DNA from: a virus
Taxonomy: Duplodnaviria; Caudoviricetes
DNA length: 64,000 nucleotides
IMG/VR virus record: IMGVR_UViG_3300013109_000495
Span: 57,820 to 121,819 of that record
Direction: 5' to 3' (one strand)
Shown here: piece after piece, positions 49,610 through 58,469 of the stretch
How positions within the stretch are numbered: position 1 is the first letter of the stretch
How the letters are laid out: the number at the start of each line of letters is the position of its first letter
Notes under the pieces: model-generated
What the model was told of the DNA's origin: nothing
The model's input: the letters and a program-made list of their open reading frames with translations, nothing else
The model's database searches: none
Translations under genes and position numbers: made by a program

Positions 49610-51186
49610 AATTTTTTATTTCTAATAAAGAAAAATTAACTAACAAACACGGACAGTGGTATTGGTGGGCAGATAAAAAGTGTAATGTAACACAAAACGA
49701 AGAACACCTTGTAATTTACTCTGGATATGTTATTGAAGAACCTATAGATGAAATTGTTTTTCGAGATCCCCATTTATTAGAAAATTCAAACGGTACATTT
49801 TGGGCAGTAATTTTAACAAAAACATCTGTAAAAGTTATAGTTGATTACTTCTGTCAATCTAAAATTTTTTATCGACAAACAGACAGAATTGAAATTACAA
49901 ACGCAATACATTTGTTTCCGTTTAATTCAAAAGATATTGATATGCCGGAAGTAATGAATAGACTTAATGTACCAGAAAAAGAACGAAATTATAAAGCATT
50001 AACAACGTTTGAACGTTGGGAACCATTTATTTTAGACTGGGCCTCATACACTGACATAGCTCCTAGTTTAGGAATAAGACAATATTCTCCGTCCAAATGT
50101 AAAACTATTTTTAAAAATACTTTTATATTAGAACCCGATCATTGTTTAGAAATTGTTGATAATATTCTTAAGATTAAAAGAATTCATAACACACACAAGT
50201 CAATTCTTAATGCATTAAGTCCAACGATACCGGCATTTAATACAAGTACAGAAATTGAAGAATATATTCATTTTTGTATGGATAGTCATGCATCAGTTAT
50301 CAAACAAAATTATAAAAATATTACTAGCAGTATAAGTGAAGGCATTGATTCTGTTTTACAGGATCAATATTTTCCTGATTCTAAAAAAATTATGTATCAC
50401 TTTGCTCCTTCAAATGGACCGTTTGATTACAAGCAAAAAACTAACAATAAAACAAAAAATAAAAATATACAAGTTGACCATTTTCCTTTAGACAAAGATA
50501 GCATAAGCAAAATTGCTAGTGAAGTTATGAACGACCCTAGTTGTTTTTATTGGGATACTCTTCCCTCACAATGGCAACTTGCAAACATGAAAAGTAAACC
50601 TGATGTTTTATTATTTGGGCAAAACGGAGACAATATGTTTATGCACAAACCGTTTTTCTATTACGAATATATGTTTGCTAAACAGATTCCAAAAAAAATA
50701 TCTATACAACAAAAATTAGAAGAATTTAACAAAACACTTGACGATTTTAAGGATTGTTATTCGTCTAGAGATAATTTGTGGAGTCAACCTGTAAAAACTT
50801 GGCGAGAAGCATTCCACGACATGACTGAAGAAGAATTAATAAAAGAATTAGAATCTGACAAAGAAGATGCATGGAAAGATGATTTTGCAAGAAAAAATAC
50901 GCCTGGTTTATATAATAGAGAAATTTCACACGCAGGAGATACACTAGTTACGTCTTTATATTGTGATAAAAGAATATTTTATAAAGTAATGAGTATGCCT
51001 GAGAACATTATGCTTGAAAGTATTAAAGAAGCACAAATACAAAAAAATATTTTAAAATCTAAATTTAATTACACATTTGAAACACCGTATAAAGATCAAG
51101 CAGAATTTAATGCAGTACATATAATTAAACCAATGTATATGAACGGTATGAAACACTGTTTAAAAAATCATTTACCAGATGCGTAA
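49606..51186 (+). CDS. Degenerate asparagine-synthase-like ATP pyrophosphatase
   Basis: SISEGIDS (cf. SGGLDS) and LFGQNGDNMF; no N-terminal Cys. Confidence 0.55.
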   Translation: MKFFISNKEKLTNKHGQWYWWADKKCNVTQNEEHLVIYSGYVIEEPIDEIVFRDPHLLENSNGTFWAVILTKTSVKVIVDYFCQSKIFYRQTDRIEITNAIHLFPFNSKDIDMPEVMNRLNVPEKERNYKALTTFERWEPFILDWASYTDIAPSLGIRQYSPSKCKTIFKNTFILEPDHCLEIVDNILKIKRIHNTHKSILNALSPTIPAFNTSTEIEEYIHFCMDSHASVIKQNYKNITSSISEGIDSVLQDQYFPDSKKIMYHFAPSNGPFDYKQKTNNKTKNKNIQVDHFPLDKDSISKIASEVMNDPSCFYWDTLPSQWQLANMKSKPDVLLFGQNGDNMFMHKPFFYYEYMFAKQIPKKISIQQKLEEFNKTLDDFKDCYSSRDNLWSQPVKTWREAFHDMTEEELIKELESDKEDAWKDDFARKNTPGLYNREISHAGDTLVTSLYCDKRIFYKVMSMPENIMLESIKEAQIQKNILKSKFNYTFETPYKDQAEFNAVHIIKPMYMNGMKHCLKNHLPDA

Positions 51187-51241
51187 ATTTTTATAAATGC
51201 GTAAAATTAAAAATACGCGAAGCGTAAAATAATAGCGTAAA
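51181..51241. repeat. GCGTAAA x4 with a TACGC-GAA-GCGTA mini-hairpin
   Basis: Copies at 51181, 51199, 51222 and 51235; hairpin at 51214-51226. Confidence 0.85.
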
Positions 51242-51297
51242 AAGGTTTCTCCCTCCTCTGATCTAGATAATTAAGTATAAATTATGAGGACAATACC

Positions 51298-51504
51298 ATG
51301 GGTATACATCACACATATAAGTCACAAGCCGGCGAACGAAAAGCTAAAAAACAAGCTAAACAAATGGAACGCCAACGACTTTCTCGTAATAGACAACTCT
51401 TAAAACAACAACAACAAACAAATAATGACTCGTATGTCGTGCCTGATGGTGTTACACTAACACTAGATATGATAACAACTCCTAATAAAAATGGCAAAAT
51501 TTAG
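51298..51504 (+). CDS. Hypothetical small basic protein
   Basis: GAGGA SD. Confidence 0.55.
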   Translation: MGIHHTYKSQAGERKAKKQAKQMERQRLSRNRQLLKQQQQTNNDSYVVPDGVTLTLDMITTPNKNGKI

Positions 51505-51679
51505 TATTAGCAGTCATGAAATTTATCGATTTCCTTGTATTGGTGTGTGTAGCATTGACGACGATAGTGGCTACTGTTTTGGGTGCAGTCGCACTGAAGA
51601 AGAAGTATATAAGTGGGAAGACCCAAACACTACAGACGAATGGAAAAAGAAAAACGAAGAAGAATTAAAAAATAGATGA
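51491..51679 (+). CDS. DUF1289-like small Cys protein
   Basis: PCIGVCSID..SGYCFGCSRT.EE...W. Confidence 0.8.
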   Translation: MAKFSISSHEIYRFPCIGVCSIDDDSGYCFGCSRTEEEVYKWEDPNTTDEWKKKNEEELKNR

Positions 51680-51852
51680 TAAGCAACTACACAACAAGCC
51701 TCGCCACGTATCTATATGAACGTATAGATGAACACCAAGCAAACCAGGAAGTAAGGCGTACACACCCAATGGCATGGCCAACAGGTTTGTACTTTACTAC
51801 GCAACACTTGGCAAAATGGATAGAGGAGCATGATAAATCAGAGACTATTTGA
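51676..51852 (+). CDS. Hypothetical 58-aa protein (not in ORF track)
   Basis: ATGA overlap with the upstream gene; MISNYTTSLATYLYERIDEHQ...WIEEHDKSETI*. Confidence 0.45.
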   Translation: MISNYTTSLATYLYERIDEHQANQEVRRTHPMAWPTGLYFTTQHLAKWIEEHDKSETI

Positions 51853-52861
51853 TTGGTATAAAATAGATACTAACAAAAATTTACAAATTAAAAACATATG
51901 CCCTCGACCATATGATACTCTTCTTATAGATAAAAACGGATCTTGTTATGCTTGTGAGTGTACATCTTGGTTGCCACAAAGCATAGGAAACTTACAATTA
52001 AAATCATTAAACGAAATAATTAATTCCAAAACACACAAACACTTACAAGAGTCTGTTGCAGACGGAACTTATCGTTATTGTAATGAGCATCAATGCTCTT
52101 ATATGAAGTCTGGTGCTGTATTGCATGGCCAGCCGGAACGCATACAGCATTTAAGACTTGCTATAGATGATAGTTGTAATTTAAGATGTCCTAGCTGTCG
52201 TAAAGGTTTAATATTTCATAAAGAAGGTTCAGCATATACATTAGGAATTAAACTTGCAGACAAAATAAACGATTGGTTATACAATTATAAACATCCAATC
52301 CAAGTCCACATAGGATCAGATGGCGATCCTTTTGCTTCACACGTATATAGACACTTCATGGAACAAACTCCAGAGCGAGATAATATAAAGTATTCCATAT
52401 TAACTAATGGACTTATGTTTAAAGAGTTTCATACTAAAGTACCTTACGTTATTAACAATTTACAAGAACTAGGTGTTAGCATAGACGGTGCAAGTAAAGA
52501 AACATATGAAAAATTAAGACTAGGCGGCAATTGGAATAAAATTAATGAAAACCTAGACTGCATATCTGAATTAAAAGAGAAACACAATTTTAGATTTACA
52601 TTATACTTTGTTGTACAAAAAAACAACTATCACGAAATGGAAGATATTACACTGCTAGGTAAAAAATATAATGCTGATAGGGTTTGGTTGAGTCGAATAC
52701 AAGACTGGAATACATTTGAAAATTTTGAAGAACATAACATATTCAACACTGCACATCCATTAAATTCTGAATATCTAAAACAACTAAACAAGTTAGAAGA
52801 ATTTTCTAAAACTTCAAACGGTGATATTTTAGAAGAAGCAACCTTAAGACAACTTCATTAA
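51830..52861 (+). CDS. Radical SAM protein with N-terminal twitch-like domain
   Basis: CPRPY...CEC...C....C, then CNLRCPSC, GDPF, TNG and SIDG. Confidence 0.85.
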   Translation: MINQRLFDWYKIDTNKNLQIKNICPRPYDTLLIDKNGSCYACECTSWLPQSIGNLQLKSLNEIINSKTHKHLQESVADGTYRYCNEHQCSYMKSGAVLHGQPERIQHLRLAIDDSCNLRCPSCRKGLIFHKEGSAYTLGIKLADKINDWLYNYKHPIQVHIGSDGDPFASHVYRHFMEQTPERDNIKYSILTNGLMFKEFHTKVPYVINNLQELGVSIDGASKETYEKLRLGGNWNKINENLDCISELKEKHNFRFTLYFVVQKNNYHEMEDITLLGKKYNADRVWLSRIQDWNTFENFEEHNIFNTAHPLNSEYLKQLNKLEEFSKTSNGDILEEATLRQLH

Positions 52862-53467
52862 ATTAAACGGGTCTTTTAATGGCATAGTAGCCAACATAAT
52901 TCTTGGATACTTTGCTTGTGGACCTGGCATCACGCGATGTGGTAGATAACTGTTAAACACTATAGGACACGTATGCATATGATAACGTTCACGCAACGGA
53001 TATAAATTAGCTACGGTATTATGTATTGCATCGAGATTATAACAATACTCTCCGTCGGTAAATTCATTTAAAATTTCAGGAAACTCACGCAACTTCTCAT
53101 CAGGTATATCATACCATTCAGTATATACATCCTCAGTATTGTATATAGGAAAATTTATTTTAAAGTTTCTGTCGGGTGCTCCATGATGCAAAACAAATCC
53201 TTGTGTCATTGCTTCTGTAAGAACTCCTACTGTGATTTCTTGAATTGGTATTTTTACGTATTGAAAATATTCAATTAAAGCTGGAGCACTGCGAGCCAAG
53301 TCTTTGTAATCAATTTTCATCCAGAACCCTTTTGACGTGCGGTCTTCGAGAAAGCCAGTATTAGTGCGTATCCATTGCATTACTTGTTGTTTTATATCTT
53401 CGAGATTGTATACAGGTAACTCATGAACTGCTTTGTATTGTGTTTGATTTCCAAGGTAATCTATCAT
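52844..53467 (-). CDS. Cupin/2OG oxygenase-like protein
   Basis: LHHG...INFPI...PHRV...PRIM; start reassigned to ATG 53467 with TAAATA 8 nt upstream. Confidence 0.5.
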   Translation of the reverse strand: MIDYLGNQTQYKAVHELPVYNLEDIKQQVMQWIRTNTGFLEDRTSKGFWMKIDYKDLARSAPALIEYFQYVKIPIQEITVGVLTEAMTQGFVLHHGAPDRNFKINFPIYNTEDVYTEWYDIPDEKLREFPEILNEFTDGEYCYNLDAIHNTVANLYPLRERYHMHTCPIVFNSYLPHRVMPGPQAKYPRIMLATMPLKDPFNLMKLS

Positions 53468-53516
53468 AAAAAAAATATTTATTGCACTACATTTGACAAT
53501 TAAATATTCAGCAATC

Positions 53517-54029
53517 ATGAAAATAGCAATAACAGGACATAAACGCGGCATTGGTAAAGCATTTGCGGAACAATTATCTACCCGTGGACACGAAATAATT
53601 GGTATATCGCGAAGTGATGGAGAGAATATACGTAGAACAATTCACACAGCATCTATAATAGAACCTTGCGATTTTTTTATTAACAATGCAATAAGTTTTT
53701 ATGCTCAGACTGAATTGTTATTTGAAGTTTGGCACCGGTGGCAACCTTACAAAGATGTTCATTATATCTGGAATATATCAACAAAAATATGTGCTGAGTC
53801 ACGTGATTTTGAAATAAACGGACTAACCATGAGAGAGTCAATGCAATATCGCAATCAAAAAATGAGCTTGGAACTTGCTCATGAACAATTAAATGCACAG
53901 GCCAGCAATATAAAGATGTCTTTGATCCGTCCTGGCAGTGTCAACACACAAAAGTTTAGTCCTTCTGACAGTATTTCGGCTGAGGCATACGTCAAGCAAG
54001 TGTTAGAAAACCAAGGAATATTATTATAA
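53517..54029 (+). CDS. Short-chain dehydrogenase/reductase-like
   Basis: IAITGHKRGIG, INNA, YRNQK (YxxxK) and RPGSVNT. Confidence 0.8.
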   Translation: MKIAITGHKRGIGKAFAEQLSTRGHEIIGISRSDGENIRRTIHTASIIEPCDFFINNAISFYAQTELLFEVWHRWQPYKDVHYIWNISTKICAESRDFEINGLTMRESMQYRNQKMSLELAHEQLNAQASNIKMSLIRPGSVNTQKFSPSDSISAEAYVKQVLENQGILL

Positions 54030-54572
54030 ATGTTGTCTAGTTGGGGCAATTTATTAAACACGGATTGTCATGTTATAAAAATTAAAGGCTTATACGTTTA
54101 TCCAATATTTAAAAATGGATCAACGCAACTACTTGCACAAAAAGATAAACTAATTGTTAATAGTAATATTAAAAAATTAAAAAATATTGTTGTTATTTTA
54201 AGAGATCCTACAGAAAGATTTATAGCCGGAGTCAACAAAGTAGCTTTTGTTAAAAAAACAACAGTTACTAAAACAATGACAAAAATAAAAAACAACAAAC
54301 TAATTGATAGACATTTTATTCCACAATTTATTTGGTTGTTACATTTAAAAAAATATTTTGATGGTGATGTAGAATTAACACCAATGTATACATTAGACAG
54401 ATTATTAACAAACAAAACTAGAGACGAAAGCTGGCCGAAAAATAAAATTACTGTTAATCCTATAAAAAAATTTATCAACATCGACGAAAAAATGATACAA
54501 AAATATATGCATAAGAATATAAAACTAAAAACTATTATAAAGGATTTAATAAATGTTTTGCCCAAGAATTAA
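54030..54572 (+). CDS. Sulfotransferase-like protein
   Basis: IFKNGST, LRDPTERF and HFIPQ. Confidence 0.6.
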   Translation: MLSSWGNLLNTDCHVIKIKGLYVYPIFKNGSTQLLAQKDKLIVNSNIKKLKNIVVILRDPTERFIAGVNKVAFVKKTTVTKTMTKIKNNKLIDRHFIPQFIWLLHLKKYFDGDVELTPMYTLDRLLTNKTRDESWPKNKITVNPIKKFINIDEKMIQKYMHKNIKLKTIIKDLINVLPKN

Positions 54573-55632
54573 TCATTTTGTTAGATTAAATGACAATGGC
54601 ACAATTGGTAAATGTGGGCATATGACAAATGCAAAGGGATTTAAAACTTTTAAAGACTTACATAAAAGCCAATGGCTTAAAAAAATTGAACTTGATATGA
54701 CGTTAGATGCTTGGCCAGAAGAATGTATAAGATGTAAACAAACCGAAGAAGTAACTGGAGAAAGTATTAGAACTAAAAGTATCGAACGACATAAAATATT
54801 ACATCCACTTAAAGAAGATTATCTAGTTGTTGGTGGAGTATTAGATAACGTATGCAATAGTGCTTGTCAAACTTGTAATGCAAATCTTTCAACTAAAATA
54901 GGAAGTTTAGAAAAAAATTATATAAAAACAAACAATCTTCAAACGTTTTTTGGGTTACCACAACACAGAATTTTAGAAGTAGATGTTAATGGCGGAGAAC
55001 CTACTGCTAGTAAAAATTATAAAATTTTATTAAAAAACTTACCATCTAATACAAAAATAGTAAGAATGAATACTAACGGTTCAAGAATGATTAATGAATT
55101 AATTGATTTATTAGAAAATAAAATTATGGTTATTGTTACAATAAGTTTTGATGGTACTGAAAACGTGCATGATTACGTACGGTGGCCAATTAAATGGGAA
55201 AAATTTATAAAAACAGTTGCAAAATATAAAAAACTACAAAAACAATACAAACTACTTAAATTAGATTTCTGGACTACTGTAAGTTGTTTAAATGTTGGAG
55301 ACTTTCCAAATATTATAAAATATGCATCAGATAATAATATTAATCATGCATGGGCATTTTTAAACACGCCCGACGTATTAAATGTAAAATATAAAAATCC
55401 ATTTACTGTTGATGCAAAAATAGATTTTTTATCAAGCAACAATAAAATGTTACACGAAATGGCTACACATATAGCAATCGAATCCGATAATACAAATGGT
55501 GGTGTAATTGATGAACAACCTAACTTAGAACTGTTTATTAAAAAACAAGACTATCTTAGAAAAATTAATATTAATGATTATTTTAATTTTGATGAGAATC
55601 TATTCAATAGCAATTCAGCAAACCCTTTATGA
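54553..55632 (+). CDS. Radical SAM protein with N-terminal twitch-like domain
   Basis: CPR...KC...CIRC, then CNSACQTC, GGEP, TNG, SFDG and YVRWP. Confidence 0.85.
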   Translation: MFCPRINHFVRLNDNGTIGKCGHMTNAKGFKTFKDLHKSQWLKKIELDMTLDAWPEECIRCKQTEEVTGESIRTKSIERHKILHPLKEDYLVVGGVLDNVCNSACQTCNANLSTKIGSLEKNYIKTNNLQTFFGLPQHRILEVDVNGGEPTASKNYKILLKNLPSNTKIVRMNTNGSRMINELIDLLENKIMVIVTISFDGTENVHDYVRWPIKWEKFIKTVAKYKKLQKQYKLLKLDFWTTVSCLNVGDFPNIIKYASDNNINHAWAFLNTPDVLNVKYKNPFTVDAKIDFLSSNNKMLHEMATHIAIESDNTNGGVIDEQPNLELFIKKQDYLRKININDYFNFDENLFNSNSANPL

Positions 55633-56291
55633 TGTTTTTCTCCATAATGTATACCATCTTGTGCTATATTTGGATCAGTAATTCTTTCTCTGCGTGATCC
55701 TTTTCCAAAATATTGATCCCATGGTGGCCAGCAACTCCTAAGCGTAGCATAATCCATTACATTTAAATTAGCTGGAAGAATAGGTATCTCTTCTGCAAAA
55801 CAGTGAAATACTTTTGCATGATTATGGTCAGCAAATTTTTGTACAAAAAAAAGATTTTTTAAAAAATTTTGATGATCTGTAATATCTGTTTCGTATCTTA
55901 ATTGTTTGTCTCGACCAAATAAATGGATTGGAATTTTATCTAAATGTTCTCTTCTACTAACACTTGGCCAACAACAAATAATAATTTTAGGAAATAAAAC
56001 TTTTTCTGTTCCATATAAAATACGAACCATTTTATCTGCCGAACACCCTGGTACCGCTAGATTCCAGTACCTTAATAATTTTGTATTATGTTTTGATAAG
56101 TGGGATACCCAATATGTTTCTTCTGCATGACCAACTCCAAAGGTATGTGAACATCCTAATATAACTACATTCTTTTTCCCTGCGGGTAAAGGAGCAAATT
56201 CTGGACAACGATAGCCAAACGAATTTACTTTCATTCCTTCAGCATTATTGTTTACAGGAATTTCTTTATCTGAAAAATGCCCAATATTCAT
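55578..56291 (-). CDS. SGNH/GDSL-like protein
   Basis: LGCSHTFG, NLAVPG and DGIHYG. Confidence 0.7.
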   Translation of the reverse strand: MNIGHFSDKEIPVNNNAEGMKVNSFGYRCPEFAPLPAGKKNVVILGCSHTFGVGHAEETYWVSHLSKHNTKLLRYWNLAVPGCSADKMVRILYGTEKVLFPKIIICCWPSVSRREHLDKIPIHLFGRDKQLRYETDITDHQNFLKNLFFVQKFADHNHAKVFHCFAEEIPILPANLNVMDYATLRSCWPPWDQYFGKGSRRERITDPNIAQDGIHYGEKHHKGFAELLLNRFSSKLK

Positions 56292-56587
56292 TACGTACTT
56301 CCTCGTGACAATTCCATTTTACGTTTTAATTGATGTTGTATGAATACTTCAATAAAGCTCATTTTACCGGGCAATACCTTACCATATTTTATTCTTGCTA
56401 TGGTAAGATGTTTTGCTTTAGCATAACATTCCATAAGTGCTCTTGTTTTGATATAACGTATTTTTAAAGCATTGTTGTCATGCAAATATTTTACAAATGG
56501 GGATTCATCTATTATAAGATTCTTTGCTAATTCTATTGGACAATGTTCGTTGTAACCTTTTAACTCCATTGTAAAGAACCATTTCAT
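56291..56587 (-). CDS. Hypothetical protein
   Basis: Coupled to the downstream gene. Confidence 0.5.
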   Translation of the reverse strand: MKWFFTMELKGYNEHCPIELAKNLIIDESPFVKYLHDNNALKIRYIKTRALMECYAKAKHLTIARIKYGKVLPGKMSFIEVFIQHQLKRKMELSRGST

Positions 56588-56609
56588 ATACGTAATTATA
56601 AAGAGATCA

Positions 56610-56685
56610 TGGCGGTCTGTACGGGAATCGAACCCGTGATCTTCTCCGTGACAGGGAGACGTGTTAACCGCTACACTAACAGACC
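56610..56685 (-). tRNA. tRNA-Asp(GTC)
   Basis: Cloverleaf: GGTCTGT/ACAGACC acceptor, TCTCC-CT-GTC-AC-GGAGA arm, GGTTCGATTCC, encoded CCA. Confidence 0.95.
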
Positions 56686-56693
56686 GTTATGGT

Positions 56694-57092
56694 CTATTCA
56701 GTTACCACTGGACAGTTTGGATTTGCAATTGCATCTTCCAAAGCTGAAGCACTAGCATTCAGTTGTGATTCTAAATTAGCAACTGTACTTTCTAATTCTC
56801 CTCTTAGAGCATCAGAGTCGTTCAGTCTAGCATTAACCGCCACTGAATCGGCTTCCAAACCTGCAATTACAGATTCTAATCCTGCTATTGCGTCATTGCG
56901 AACTGCTATTTCGTCTGACAATGATTCAGTTAGAGTTGCTGACGCCGAAATTTCATCGTTAGCATTAGACAAGTCTGCTTCTAAATCTTTAACTGTTCCT
57001 GCTTGATTTGTTACAATAATCAACAAAACAACAACGAGGATAAAATAAAGCCACGGTGCCGGTTTTGCAATTAATTTTTTGATTGTTTCCAT
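56694..57092 (-). CDS. Membrane-anchored coiled-coil protein (i-spanin-like architecture)
   Basis: METIKK..., one TM helix (WLYFILVVVLLIIV), long acidic heptad region, C-terminal Cys. Confidence 0.65.
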   Translation of the reverse strand: METIKKLIAKPAPWLYFILVVVLLIIVTNQAGTVKDLEADLSNANDEISASATLTESLSDEIAVRNDAIAGLESVIAGLEADSVAVNARLNDSDALRGELESTVANLESQLNASASALEDAIANPNCPVVTE

Positions 57093-57141
57093 AATAATAT
57101 TATTATATAGTACTATTATATAACAATACAAGAATAATCTT

Positions 57142-57217
57142 TGGTGGACCGAATGGGATTCGAACCCACGACCCCCTGAATGCAAATCAGGTGCTCTCCC
57201 AACTGAGCTATCGGCCC
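57142..57217 (-). tRNA. tRNA-Ala(TGC)
   Basis: GGGCCGATAGCTCAGTTGG..., CCTGA-TT-TGC-AT-TCAGG, GGTTCGAATCC, CCA. Confidence 0.95.
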
Positions 57218-57242
57218 GTAGTATGTATCCAAATCGTATATT

Positions 57243-57299
57243 ACCAAAATCACCAAAATCACCAAACGTACCAAACAGCTACCATGCCTGGACATGGTA
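57243..57299. repeat. 9-nt-period ACCAAA repeat x4 plus TACCATG/CATGGTA hairpin
   Basis: ACCAAA at 57243, 57252, 57261 and 57270; hairpin at 57280-57299. Confidence 0.8.
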
Positions 57300-57313
57300 C
57301 AAATCTGCGTGTG

Positions 57314-57389
57314 TGGTGCCGACACAGGGACTCGAACCCCGAACCTACTGATTACAAATCAGTTGCTCTACCAATTGAGCTATGTCGGC
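57314..57389 (-). tRNA. tRNA-Thr(TGT)
   Basis: GCCGACATAGCTCAATTGG..., ACTGA-TT-TGT-AA-TCAGT, GGTTCGAGTCC, CCA. Confidence 0.95.
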
Positions 57390-57398
57390 TATCTATAT

Positions 57399-57426
57399 AT
57401 TATACTATAACTCCTAGAAAAATCAA
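57399..57426 (-). promoter_or_regulatory. sigma70-like promoter of the tRNA operon
   Basis: TTGATT-16-TATAAT, ending 9 nt before tRNA-Thr. Confidence 0.55.
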
Positions 57427-57553
57427 CCGTTTAAAGCGTTATAGAGCGGCGTACACGCATGGTAAAGGCTTATCAAGTGTCTTTATACATAAGCAATATT
57501 ACCATGCAATCCTTACATATCTGAGTTGTAAAAAACACATAAGTAATACTACC

Positions 57554-57739
57554 ATGAGAGATAAAATACATTTAATTAAACATTCAGAACAACTTGCTGA
57601 AACTAAAAAAGAAAAAATACTATTCAGAACTCAACGTCAACCCGTTGAAGCAGGTGCTCATGGTACTTTAGATTACACAATTAAAAAAGGTGTAAACAAA
57701 AATAAAATCGCAGACGACAGAATCATTAAAAGCAAATAA
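57554..57739 (+). CDS. Hypothetical protein
   Basis: Start reassigned to MRDKIH; the upstream part of the track ORF runs antisense over tRNAs. Confidence 0.55.
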   Translation: MRDKIHLIKHSEQLAETKKEKILFRTQRQPVEAGAHGTLDYTIKKGVNKNKIADDRIIKSK

Positions 57740-57770
57740 AAGTCTTAAACTATTAGTTGTAAATAATAGC

Positions 57771-57929
57771 ATGAAACAGATGTTAAAGAAATTTTGGAAT
57801 TGGAAAATAAAACTAATTCGTGACTACCCAGTGTGGTGTGCATATGCGGCCTGGCTGGAAGGAATTATAATCGGAATATTAATCTATCATTTTTGGATGA
57901 TGGATGTATTAAGTTGTTGCAATGGATAA
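57771..57929 (+). CDS. Small membrane protein (not in ORF track)
   Basis: MKQMLKKFWNWKIKLIRDYPVWCAYAAWLEGIIIGILIYHFW...; TAAATA 5 nt upstream. Confidence 0.6.
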   Translation: MKQMLKKFWNWKIKLIRDYPVWCAYAAWLEGIIIGILIYHFWMMDVLSCCNG

Positions 57930-58149
57930 AAAAATAGAACGAAATATAATATGGACTCTCGCCGTAATATTAATTTTAGTTGGCGTACTTGGTTGCGTTT
58001 CTATTCCAACAACTAATTTAAATCCTAAAAAAACTACTCCACTTGATACTATAATAATAATGAAAGATCTTGGTACTGCACTTGGTTGTGCGTTTGTTCC
58101 AAATGATCCTGCTTGTCAAAGAGAACCACTCGAATTACATACAAGGTAA
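57922..58149 (+). CDS. Putative lipoprotein
   Basis: Hydrophobic signal followed by VLGC lipobox. Confidence 0.6.
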   Translation: MDKKIERNIIWTLAVILILVGVLGCVSIPTTNLNPKKTTPLDTIIIMKDLGTALGCAFVPNDPACQREPLELHTR

Positions 58150-58150
58150 T

Positions 58151-58465
58151 TTAAATTGCTAATCGATTTTCTGTAAAATCTAAACCTTCTAACTCTTTAG
58201 GTTTACCCAATGGATACGATGGCTCTAGTCTGAACTCTTCGCCTGTATCGTCGTTCTTGCAACCAGCAACTAGCCAATCCCATTTAAACTGACCGTCTAC
58301 AACAAATTCCCACATAACATCATAGGTTCCGTTATTCCTTGTCTGTAAAGTAAGTTCTGTTTTACAGGCTTCCATTGTATCATATGTTTGTTGCATTTGA
58401 AACGTTTGTTGTGTTGCTATTGGATCTTGTGTTATAAGATAAGCAAGAATTAAAATTTTATACAT
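58151..58465 (-). CDS. Hypothetical exported protein
   Basis: Hydrophobic N-terminus and two Cys. Confidence 0.55.
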   Translation of the reverse strand: MYKILILAYLITQDPIATQQTFQMQQTYDTMEACKTELTLQTRNNGTYDVMWEFVVDGQFKWDWLVAGCKNDDTGEEFRLEPSYPLGKPKELEGLDFTENRLAI

Positions 58466-58469
58466 ATAA

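Noticed and set aside
56689-57006. 105-aa plus-strand ORF as an embedded o-spanin
   Set aside because: Antisense to the coiled-coil gene and has no lipobox.
51181-57299. Short repeats as CRISPR arrays
   Set aside because: Units are 6-9 nt without 30-40 nt spacers, and no cas genes are present.
57191-57553. N-terminal part of the 182-aa track ORF, ORF 57116-57325, and the 5' extension of 56694-57185
   Set aside because: They run across clear tRNA genes; starts were reassigned to 57554 and 57092.
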